Assembly: GCA_963663165.1 (NCBI GenBank)
Contig: OY760175.1
Coordinates: 1,952,001 to 2,016,000, forward strand
Direction of reading: 5' to 3'
Origin: an uncultured Desulfospira sp.
GTDB taxonomy: Bacteria; Desulfobacterota; Desulfobacteria; Desulfobacterales; Desulfobacteraceae
Length of the DNA: 64,000 nucleotides
The stretch's first letter is position 1; each line of letters starts with the position of its first letter. A model generated the notes under the pieces. It saw nothing but the letters and a program-made list of their open reading frames with translations. It was not told the DNA's origin and did not search any database. A program made the position numbers and the translations under genes. Positions 41,243-49,739 of this stretch are shown here, piece after piece.

Positions 41243-41905
41243 CTATTTTCTTGACCGTCTCAGCCCCGCAAGCCCCACTAACCCGCTGCCCAGCAACCAT
41301 ACCGCGCCGGGGACGGGCACAGCGCTCGGTACGGTCAGGGTAAGTGAACCCAAGGATGTTCCTTCCGCGTTACCGGACCACCCCTCGCCCGAAACGTACT
41401 GAGCGCCTTGACGAAGAACAATGCTATATTTGTACACAGTACCTGTGTCCAGGGTCCACTCTCCGGTGGACGCATATAGACCTATAGAACTGCTATAATC
41501 GCCAACCGCATCCATTGATTTAAACAAATATTCGGAGGTCCATAAGTTTTTCTCTTTATCCTCATCGTAATAACCAAGGCGGATCGACTGATAGCAGGAA
41601 GAATACAAGGTATCGAGATATTCATCAGCAAGCGTGGCCTCGGAGAAAAGAGAGTAGCCTACGGTTACGGCGCCCTCTGACTCGCCCTCTTCTGCCTCTA
41701 TCGTGAACACGATTGAAACTGAGCCCTTGATGGCTCCATCATTCAAATCACCGCTGAAAACATAGGTTCCGGAGCCCTGATCCGAAAAATCGAAGCTCAC
41801 TGTTTCATCTGCGGTAGTAATTTCTGAAATGACAATCGTATAGGCAAAGGATTGCATGGGTATCAACAGACAAACAACAACAGCGAACATCAGTAACTTT
41901 TTCAT
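41243..41905 (-). CDS. PEP-CTERM protein
   Basis: Signal peptide QSFA-Y; VPVPGAVWLLGSGLVGLAGLRRSRK. Confidence 0.9.
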   Translation of the reverse strand: MKKLLMFAVVVCLLIPMQSFAYTIVISEITTADETVSFDFSDQGSGTYVFSGDLNDGAIKGSVSIVFTIEAEEGESEGAVTVGYSLFSEATLADEYLDTLYSSCYQSIRLGYYDEDKEKNLWTSEYLFKSMDAVGDYSSSIGLYASTGEWTLDTGTVYKYSIVLRQGAQYVSGEGWSGNAEGTSLGSLTLTVPSAVPVPGAVWLLGSGLVGLAGLRRSRK

Positions 41906-41986
41906 GGCTTTCTCCATTTTTAAATTAAATAAAAATAACTACTAAAGGGGGGGGGGCATGACTCATGGTTTGCCCCCTTCTTGTTT

Positions 41987-42709
41987 CTATTTTCTTGCAC
42001 GTCTTAAGCCCACAAGCCCCACAAGGCCGCTGCCCAAAAGCAGCCGTAGGTCGGGTAGAGGGGCGAAACCCGACGTTGGGTTTCGCTCCCGCTCTACCCA
42101 ACCTATACCTGTTTGTACTATTCTTGTTTCCAGTTTATAGTTTCTTGCACGTCTTAAACCCGCAAGCCCCGCAAGGCCTGCGCCCAGCAGCAGCATGGTG
42201 CCGGGTACAGGAACCGGATTATTCCCCACGGCAACCATGGCGGACACATTGTACCCACCCTCACTGACTGTACCTGTGGTAGTGTAATCAAGACCGTAAT
42301 CGCCGCCGTTGGCGGACTCAGCATTGACACTGATGTTGGTTGACCCTTCACTAAGAATGGTAAAGTAAAGGGTGGCCAGCAGGATATTGTCCCCGGTCAC
42401 GCCCTGAGTGGACGTGCCGCCCACAAAATATGCCTGGTAGTAGCCCAGGTTGCTGAACTCTGTTTTATAGAGGGAGTAGCCGAAATATTTGTATATGGCC
42501 TCATCTTCGACAGCCACATCAAAGCCAAAAGAGGTCAGAGAAAAATCGGCCAGGCCTTCTGAATACAGCCAGACATTCACCTCAAAAACCGTACCGGTAT
42601 AGCCGGTATAGCCGGTCTCAACAAGGGTTATATCCGGGGAAGCCTGGGCCGTGCCAAGGCTTAAAAACGCCAGCAACAGCAGTGTCATTGCCGGTATTGT
42701 TTTTTTCAT
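41987..42709 (-). CDS. PEP-CTERM protein with cohesin-like domain and read-through into a second tail
   Basis: FEVNV...FGFDV...ILLATLYF; VPVPG-TM-RRARN, continuing to LLLGSGLVGLVGLRRARK. Confidence 0.8.
   Translation of the reverse strand: MKKTIPAMTLLLLAFLSLGTAQASPDITLVETGYTGYTGTVFEVNVWLYSEGLADFSLTSFGFDVAVEDEAIYKYFGYSLYKTEFSNLGYYQAYFVGGTSTQGVTGDNILLATLYFTILSEGSTNISVNAESANGGDYGLDYTTTGTVSEGGYNVSAMVAVGNNPVPVPGTMLLLGAGLAGLAGLRRARNYKLETRIVQTGIGWVERERNPTSGFAPLPDLRLLLGSGLVGLVGLRRARK
42046..42106. repeat. GTAG-type REP doublet of a different family
   Basis: GTAGgtcgggtagag...gcgaaaccc-gacgtt-gggtttcgc...ctctacccaaccta. Confidence 0.75.
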
Positions 42710-42836
42710 TTGTTCCATCTCCTTTTGTTAGCCGCCCGGAACAGACGGGCCTTAAATTTTCACCAGATAAGAAAGAGGGTAAAGATAAGGGATCAAGAAG
42801 TCTCTTCCTGACTCATGATTTTCCCCCTTCTTGTTT

Positions 42837-43361
42837 CTATTTCATTTCACGTCTTAAGCCCGCAAGCCCAGCAAGGCCTACACCCAGCAGCAGAATGGTG
42901 CCGGGAACAGGCACGGCAGAGGCAGCATCGGTTGCGGTCAGGCGAACCTGAATTTCCGCATAATCGTTTGACACAATCATGCCGCCAAGATAATACTCGG
43001 TGCCGGTGTCCACAGTGTATTCCCCGTCGCCCGAAATCACATTATTTTGGGATAAAAGCAATGCCCCAGCGGCCATAGTGCCTGAGCCTGTTGTCTCGGT
43101 AACACTGTACGCCAGGGTCACGCTATCCGACTCGCCACCCTCAGCTACGATGGTGATATTGCCATAAGTTGCGCCCATGGCACCACCGGTACCCGTATCA
43201 CCTGTACGAATGGTAAAAACATAATCGTCGCCGTCTTGTTCCCACGAATAGCTGTCCAAGACTTGACTCTGGTACGTGAGGGAAAAATCGATCATATAAG
43301 CAAACGATTGCACCGGGAACAGCAGGCAAGCTGTAACAGCCAGTATCAATAACTTTTTCAT
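42837..43361 (-). CDS. PEP-CTERM protein (related to 41243-41905)
   Basis: GGAGG RBS, MKKLL...QSFAY signal, shared G.I.I.AE.GES..VT..YS; VPVPG-TM-RREMK. Confidence 0.88.
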   Translation of the reverse strand: MKKLLILAVTACLLFPVQSFAYMIDFSLTYQSQVLDSYSWEQDGDDYVFTIRTGDTGTGGAMGATYGNITIVAEGGESDSVTLAYSVTETTGSGTMAAGALLLSQNNVISGDGEYTVDTGTEYYLGGMIVSNDYAEIQVRLTATDAASAVPVPGTILLLGVGLAGLAGLRREMK

Positions 43362-43441
43362 AATTTCCTCCGTTTTTTGATTTCTTATTAAATTTAATAA
43401 ATGGGTTATAAGGTTGTCTGAACGAGTAACGCCCTTTTCAT

Positions 43442-44302
43442 CTATCGGTTTCTTGCCCGGCGCAACCCTGCAAGGCCGACAAGACCGAAACATAGCAGGC
43501 AGAAGGCTCCGGGAACCGGCACCGCACTTGTCACCACAGTTGTTGAAATATAAGGCGCATTGGCACCATCACGGTCAAAGCTGGCATAAACGCTGCCGGA
43601 CAAAGCAGCTGTGTCTAATATCTCTTGCACATAGGCGTGATACTCTTCATAGGTTAAACTGTTAATCCATTCATTAGTAACATTCTCCGGTATCCAGCCA
43701 TCATAGACATACCCGCTGGCAAGAACGATACCGTTGTTGCTGTCCGGATCAAGAACCCAGCTATTGTACAGTTCGGTAATGTCTATGCTATAGGTACCAC
43801 TGGCTGTCATGGTCAGGCTTGAGACAGGGGTTTCATCCAATAGGGCATCCTTAAGCGCCTCGACCTGAGCCGCTGCTTCACTGCTCCCATAACCGTCCTC
43901 TCCGTAGACTGTAAGACCCTCCACATCAACATCACCGGGATCATAAACGTCCAGATATGCCGGAAGATCAGTAGTTGTGGCAGGAGGATTGCCGCCGGTC
44001 ATTGAACCTGTTCCCAAAAGGTCGATGACCAGATATGCCGATTCAACGGTCTCGGTTGCCAAAACATCAAATTTCACCCAGGCATAGCCCCACAAATCGG
44101 CATCGCCGTCTGCGCCAAACACTTCAAGGGCCGACACTACAAAATAATCCTTGGCGTCTTCCGGATAAGTTGTAACGGACCCCTGACCGTTCATATAGGT
44201 GTACCCGGTCATAATGGCCTCGCCGATAACCTCGGCAGATGCGGTGCCGGTAATTAACAGCCCGATCATTGCCAGCGCGATACAAATACGTTTAAACTTC
44301 AT
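43442..44302 (-). CDS. PEP-CTERM protein, Met-conserved DNRLRE-like domain (paralog C)
   Basis: Long near-identical stretches with 37163-37990; VPVPG-TM-RRARNR. Confidence 0.9.
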   Translation of the reverse strand: MKFKRICIALAMIGLLITGTASAEVIGEAIMTGYTYMNGQGSVTTYPEDAKDYFVVSALEVFGADGDADLWGYAWVKFDVLATETVESAYLVIDLLGTGSMTGGNPPATTTDLPAYLDVYDPGDVDVEGLTVYGEDGYGSSEAAAQVEALKDALLDETPVSSLTMTASGTYSIDITELYNSWVLDPDSNNGIVLASGYVYDGWIPENVTNEWINSLTYEEYHAYVQEILDTAALSGSVYASFDRDGANAPYISTTVVTSAVPVPGAFCLLCFGLVGLAGLRRARNR

Positions 44303-44329
44303 TTTTCATTCCTTATCGTATAAAAATCG

Positions 44330-45082
44330 TTAATTGATTTTAGTTATTTTTCTGCGCCGCAGACCGGCCAAAGCCGCAAGACCCGAGCCCAGCAGCAGAA
44401 CCGCCCCTGGAATCGGTACGGAAGAGACTGAAACTTGTCCGTTGCGAAGGGCTATAGCACCGACACCGGAGACACCGTCCTTGGTGTAGCAGCCCTGGCC
44501 GCCGGTGGGCATCCTAAAGAGAAAGGCACTATCGGAATCATAAATTGCAGCCTCCGTCCCTGTCCAGTACCACCCATAGCTATCTAAATTTTCAAAATCT
44601 CCTGTTTCGTTCAGCCCGTATTCGCCTCTGGAAAGACGATTACCTGAGGTATCCTGCAATCCCAGGTTGCCCAGTTCCTCATAAAAGAGATGGCCCAACT
44701 CGGAAGTGATGATATTATACCCTAACGTGGTGGTACCATCATATCCGGATTTCAGGGTGCCATCCACAGTGGTTGGCAGCCGCCAGGACGACCCACCCCA
44801 GTCCACGGTATATCCATCATAAAGGATAATGGTCAAAACACCTTCTTCATTCAGGCTTGATGCCCAGGCAACCTGGTCGTCCCAGGTTGAAGCATCATTA
44901 TCATAATCCAGCCACACCACTGAATTGCCATTGTTGTCATCATCCCAGATAAGCTTGTACTCTGATCCGTTGTAAGTAGCCGTGCCGATAGTGGTCAAAG
45001 CGGCGTAGGCCGAAGGAGCAAATCCCAGAGCGACGGCCAGCAGGGCCATGGTGAATGCCATCATAATTTTTCTTAATTTCAT
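44330..45082 (-). CDS. PEP-CTERM protein, DUF1566/Lcl-like
   Basis: LIWD....VVWLD, W..Q..WA, WRLPT, ELGHLFYEELGN, YWTGT; VPIPG-TM-RRRK. Confidence 0.85.
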   Translation of the reverse strand: MKLRKIMMAFTMALLAVALGFAPSAYAALTTIGTATYNGSEYKLIWDDDNNGNSVVWLDYDNDASTWDDQVAWASSLNEEGVLTIILYDGYTVDWGGSSWRLPTTVDGTLKSGYDGTTTLGYNIITSELGHLFYEELGNLGLQDTSGNRLSRGEYGLNETGDFENLDSYGWYWTGTEAAIYDSDSAFLFRMPTGGQGCYTKDGVSGVGAIALRNGQVSVSSVPIPGAVLLLGSGLAALAGLRRRKITKIN

Positions 45083-45563
45083 TGGTTCTTCCTTTTTTGT
45101 TTATTTAATTTTTCTTAAAATCTTTTAAAACACTACCGGTTATAGGATTTCAGCCATTAGCGGTTAGATTTTCCTGCCGGCTGCCGACAGGACATGGCTA
45201 TCCTTATGAAAGGCTGGGAGTGATGGGCCCAAGGCTTTAAGAAAGCCAGCCGGTTATCTTCAGCACTTTCAAAATTTTTCGCGCCCGGCTGTGGGCATGA
45301 CGGTTATATTGAAATGAATAATTGATTGTGATATTTACATTGAGTGAGTGAAGGTTGAGGTATCACCTCCTTTCATACCCGGTCCGCTGCATGGGAAGAT
45401 GCGCGGGCCGGGTTCATTTGGGTTCAGCCGCAGGGCACCGGATTTAGGGCCGGTGCCCTGCGGCAAGGCCAGCGGCGGTCCCGGGGCCGGAAACTCATGT
45501 TTTACTGGTGGCACAGGCAAACAAAGTATCCGGTTCCTGGGGCAGCCCGCCGGCAGGAAGGGG

Positions 45564-46319
45564 TTAACTTCTGCGGCGCAGGCCCACCAGGCCCACCAGG
45601 CCGCATCCGAGCAGCATCATGGTGCCGGGAACGGGAACGGCGCTGGTGGTTTCAATATAAAGAGCCGTGGTGCCGTTAAGGCTGTTACCGGTTTTGCCTA
45701 CACCAGTGAGGCCTGAGAAAACAGCACCGACAGCGCCCACTGCACCGCTGGCTTCATTTGAATTGGGGCTGGCACATACCAGGACAAGACCATTGTTTTC
45801 GATCTCGCCTGAAACCCAGGCATTGTAAATATCTGTAATGTCGATGCCCCAAACGCCGTTTGAGGTCATGGTGGCGGTAGTCAGCAGAGAGGTCGTTCCG
45901 GTACTGGAGTCTGCCAGATCCGCATAAAGAGTTGAAATGGTTGAAGAGGTAAGGTCTGCCACATCCGTGTCACCCGGTGAATAGATATCCAGAACTGCCG
46001 GATAATCTACCGTGGCATCAGTATAGTTCATGCTGCCCACAGCCAGCAGTTCCAGATACAGAACCGCACTGTCCACGGTTTCAGTACCAATATCGCTGAA
46101 TTTAATGGTGGCATAGCCCCACATATTTGTACCGGCGTATTCATATTCCAGGGGACCGGCGATAAAATAATTATCTTCCGAAGTTTGGAATTGCCCTCCC
46201 ATATATGCATAGGAGGTAGAGCTTGCACTGTAAGTATCAGCCAGAGCCGTACCGGCAAAAGCAAATACACTGAACATCAGTGCAATGGCCAATACAATGG
46301 CATTCTTTCTTAATTTCAT
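45564..46319 (-). CDS. PEP-CTERM protein, Met-conserved DNRLRE-like domain (paralog D)
   Basis: YAYMGG, MWGY..IKF, VGSM, DITDIYNAW, NNGLVL; VPVPG-TM-RRRS. Confidence 0.9.
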   Translation of the reverse strand: MKLRKNAIVLAIALMFSVFAFAGTALADTYSASSTSYAYMGGQFQTSEDNYFIAGPLEYEYAGTNMWGYATIKFSDIGTETVDSAVLYLELLAVGSMNYTDATVDYPAVLDIYSPGDTDVADLTSSTISTLYADLADSSTGTTSLLTTATMTSNGVWGIDITDIYNAWVSGEIENNGLVLVCASPNSNEASGAVGAVGAVFSGLTGVGKTGNSLNGTTALYIETTSAVPVPGTMMLLGCGLVGLVGLRRRS

Positions 46320-46511
46320 TTTTCTCATTCCTTTCTTGTTGTAAAATTTAAATAAATAGGATTAATTGGTTTGTTGAAAAAAAAGCTGATTTTCCTTTTA
46401 ACGAATAACCTCAAAAAGTATCACCCCCTTTCGGTTTGTTAGCTGTTAGCTTTTAGCTGTTGCTGTGAGCCATGAGCTATGAGCTGTCAGCAGCTAAGGG
46501 CCTCTTACGGT

Positions 46512-49500
46512 TTAACGGAACAGGCTGTTGATAAAACAGCCGCCGCCCACGCTCTCATCCGGGGTGCTTGCCGTCGCTTCAACTGCGGTGCCGCTCACGG
46601 TCCCGTACACTGAGCAATGATCAGTGGTAAAGGTCACGGTCTGATTTGCCTCATCCACCGAGACGATATTATCCAGGTAGATCTCTTCAATGTCGGCATC
46701 CTCGTCCCCTGAGAAAAAGGTTTCCAGGTCAGGGGCATGGACAATTCTCCAGGACCCCAGGGTGAAGGGGTCATCGGATCCGGCCGCACTGGCGTCATAG
46801 GAGATGGTGATCTCAATCTCCAGAATGTCGGCATCATCCAGAGGCTCCCCGTTTTCATCGTAAAGCTCAAATAAAAACAGGCCGGTGGCACCCCCGGGAC
46901 TTGTGCTGCCGGTGTCCACCACCATCACATAGATCTTTCCGACTGTGGTTGAGACACTGTTGGCCGTAATGGTGATGGTAACGGGGTCCCCTGAAATCGT
47001 ATCAAAATAGATCTCTTTGGAGCCGGTCAGGCCGGCAGGATCATCAATGGCGGTGATCAGCATTTTGGCGCCGTCTTCTCCGGCGGTCCCGCCGATCTGG
47101 GTTGAGTCGTCGCCTTGGGCCATTTCAATACAGACAAAGCTGCCGAAACCGCCCAACTGCTCTAAGGCATCCGTGCAGATGCCGGTGAGCCGCTCTTTTT
47201 CTTCATCCGTGGTACCGGCCGGCAGGTAAAGGGGGGCCTGAGACGTGCCGGACTCCTCTCCGATACCAATATAGATCCGGTCATCTTCGCTGCCGCAGGT
47301 TACGGTGATGCTGCAAAGCCCGTAGTCATCCGGTGCCGTAAAGGTGACCGTGCTGCCGGTAGTGGCGGACAGGGCCGAAGCTGACACATCAGTGCCGTCA
47401 GGCCCCTCAACTGTCCACTGGTAAGTGCCGGAACCGCCCGAAGCCGTCAGGCTTCTGGTCTCGCCCGGGAGCATGGCCGCCGTGGCATTGACCTGGTCAG
47501 TGATGCGCAGTTTGTCCGTATCATATGTGACCAGCAGGTAAGGAGGATCATCGGCATCCTCCCTTGCCACCAGGTGCCAGCTGTATCCGTCGCCGTAATC
47601 AGCACCGTAAATATCGGTTGAACCGGTCCAGGACTGATCGTCATGGTCTTTGAGTTCCAGGCCGTTGTTCTCCCACTGGCCGTTCAGCCATCCCTTTACG
47701 ATGGGGGCCACATCAACTTTTCCCGTGGAGTAGGAGCCTGTGGTGTGGGTCACCAGGACACTGGGGGCTTCGGGCACATACCAGGGTTTGTTGGTCATAT
47801 CCACATACCCGTCACCGGTCACGGCTTCGGTCCAGTAAAAGTCATCTACGGTATCTCCGGTTTTCTCCTGTGTGTCGGTGGAAAGGGCGTATATAGTACC
47901 GTACATGGCCGTACCGTCCGGGGCCGGGGGCCCCACATCCATCTCACCGGCACTGTAGTCGTCCATGGTGTAAACCAGATATGCGGCTTCAATATCTTCC
48001 GTGGTCAGCCCAAGATCGGTTATGGGGCTTAAGTCAAACCGCATAAGAATCCGGGCATCCACAATGTAAACCGCCCCGGCCTTGAGCTTGTATTCCCCCA
48101 TGGAGGTCCCCTGGGGATACCCCTTGCCGTTGCCCATGCCCCCATACAGCACATAGGTGTCTTCGGACACCTCACAGCGAACCGTGCTGGCCACGAGGGT
48201 GGTGAAACTCCAGGTCACGGCAGATCCTAAGGTGTTGCCGGCAAGATCGGCGGCAGTGGCCGCTATGGTAACGGTATATGAGGTTTGCTCTTCAAACACC
48301 ATATCAGGGATAAAGACCAGAACGCTTTTCCCTTCCCAGGAGAGGCTGCCGTCCACTGCCGGGCTAAGGGTAAACCCGTTCTCAACGGTCTCCTTGTCCA
48401 TGTCTTCACTGAAGGTAACCGTTATCGTATCGGTAACAGCCGCCTCAGCCCCGTCTTCAGGGCTGACAGACAGCACCGTGGGGGGACACTGGATATTCCA
48501 GGTGATATTTTCCAGATCAGACCAGACCCCCAAACTGTCCTGCACCTGGATTTTCAGGGTATGGTCCCCGTCGGTCAGGCTGCTCAGTTCCAGGGTGTCG
48601 GAAGGATCACAGGCATCGCTCCAGTCTCCGTCGTCAAGGCAATACCGATAGGCATACACCCCGGTTCCTGATATGGTCAGGCTTATGGTATCTTTTACAA
48701 TGGCGGTATCAGGGGTTCCTTCAACTTCAGGGTCAGGGGCCACATAGGCCCCGGTGGTGAAGCTGAACGTGTACTCGTTTTCCAGGCTTTTTTCTGCGGC
48801 ACTTTGGGCCCCCGTGCCCATGGTCACGGTATAGGCGGTCTCATGGGTTAACAGATCTGTCGGCGTAAAGGTTACGGCCGTTTCAAGGTCATTCCAGGAA
48901 AAAGTCCCGGTTACCGCAGTCTCGGTACTTGAGCTTAAGACCATGGAAAAGGCCTGTTCCACACTTTCGGTGGCCATGGGCTTGTCAAAGCCAATGGTAA
49001 CCGATGTTCCCACATCAATACCGGTAGCGCTTGCTTCCGGAGTTGTGGTATCGACTGTGGGGGCTGATTCAGGGGCAGAAAACGTAATGTAGGGCATGGT
49101 CCCCAAGGTCCCGTTAAGGCCGGCATATTTGGTTCCCACAGGACCCAGGTTAGAGGCATTGGATGCCCCTGAATTTTCACTGTCGCTCATTAAAACAAGG
49201 CCGTTATTGGCCTGATCGCCCCGCACCCAGGCATTATAGATGTCTGTGATGTCGATGGCATAAGTCCCGTTGGCCGTCATGGTGAAGTCCGAAACAATAG
49301 GGGAAGAGGAGGCCTTAAGGGTTGTGTGCAGGGTGGCAGCGTCGGAAACCGTGGCAAGTGAGGCCACATCCGTATCACCGGGGCTGTATATATCCAGTTT
49401 TCCGGGATACGTTTCACTGGCGTCCTCAAGGTACATGCTGCCCACTTTCAAAAGATCAACGACCAGATAAGCACTTTGTACCTCCTCGGTTCCAATGGTG

Positions 49501-49721
49501 TCAAACTTGATAAAGGCAAACCCCCACATATCGGTCCCGTTGAACATATATGTCATGGGACCTGCGATAAAATAGCTTTGTTCGGAGATATTAAAACCTG
49601 TTCCGCCCATATAGGCATACCCGGTCAGGGTACATGGGTAATCGGCAGATGCGGTATGGGAACAAAACAGGTTCCCGGTCACCAGCACTGCTAAAATTGT
49701 TATGATTCTGATTAACTTCAT
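46512..49721 (-). CDS. 1069-aa multidomain surface protein: two DNRLRE-like domains, Ig-like repeats, C-terminal GGGCFI signal
   Basis: N-domain homologous to paralogs A-D; PTV...P...FDKPM/FSEDM...FTT Ig repeats; DTYV...RILMRFDLS...WLNG.WENNG; ends GGGCFINSLFR. Confidence 0.88.
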   Translation of the reverse strand: MKLIRIITILAVLVTGNLFCSHTASADYPCTLTGYAYMGGTGFNISEQSYFIAGPMTYMFNGTDMWGFAFIKFDTIGTEEVQSAYLVVDLLKVGSMYLEDASETYPGKLDIYSPGDTDVASLATVSDAATLHTTLKASSSPIVSDFTMTANGTYAIDITDIYNAWVRGDQANNGLVLMSDSENSGASNASNLGPVGTKYAGLNGTLGTMPYITFSAPESAPTVDTTTPEASATGIDVGTSVTIGFDKPMATESVEQAFSMVLSSSTETAVTGTFSWNDLETAVTFTPTDLLTHETAYTVTMGTGAQSAAEKSLENEYTFSFTTGAYVAPDPEVEGTPDTAIVKDTISLTISGTGVYAYRYCLDDGDWSDACDPSDTLELSSLTDGDHTLKIQVQDSLGVWSDLENITWNIQCPPTVLSVSPEDGAEAAVTDTITVTFSEDMDKETVENGFTLSPAVDGSLSWEGKSVLVFIPDMVFEEQTSYTVTIAATAADLAGNTLGSAVTWSFTTLVASTVRCEVSEDTYVLYGGMGNGKGYPQGTSMGEYKLKAGAVYIVDARILMRFDLSPITDLGLTTEDIEAAYLVYTMDDYSAGEMDVGPPAPDGTAMYGTIYALSTDTQEKTGDTVDDFYWTEAVTGDGYVDMTNKPWYVPEAPSVLVTHTTGSYSTGKVDVAPIVKGWLNGQWENNGLELKDHDDQSWTGSTDIYGADYGDGYSWHLVAREDADDPPYLLVTYDTDKLRITDQVNATAAMLPGETRSLTASGGSGTYQWTVEGPDGTDVSASALSATTGSTVTFTAPDDYGLCSITVTCGSEDDRIYIGIGEESGTSQAPLYLPAGTTDEEKERLTGICTDALEQLGGFGSFVCIEMAQGDDSTQIGGTAGEDGAKMLITAIDDPAGLTGSKEIYFDTISGDPVTITITANSVSTTVGKIYVMVVDTGSTSPGGATGLFLFELYDENGEPLDDADILEIEITISYDASAAGSDDPFTLGSWRIVHAPDLETFFSGDEDADIEEIYLDNIVSVDEANQTVTFTTDHCSVYGTVSGTAVEATASTPDESVGGGCFINSLFR

Positions 49722-49739
49722 TTTACCATTTTCCTTGTT

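Noticed and set aside
45335..45560. Small ORFs or a cobalamin riboswitch around the 15-bp hairpin at 45427-45464
   Set aside because: The ORFs are low-complexity; GGGAAG is on the non-transcribed strand and other B12-element features are missing.
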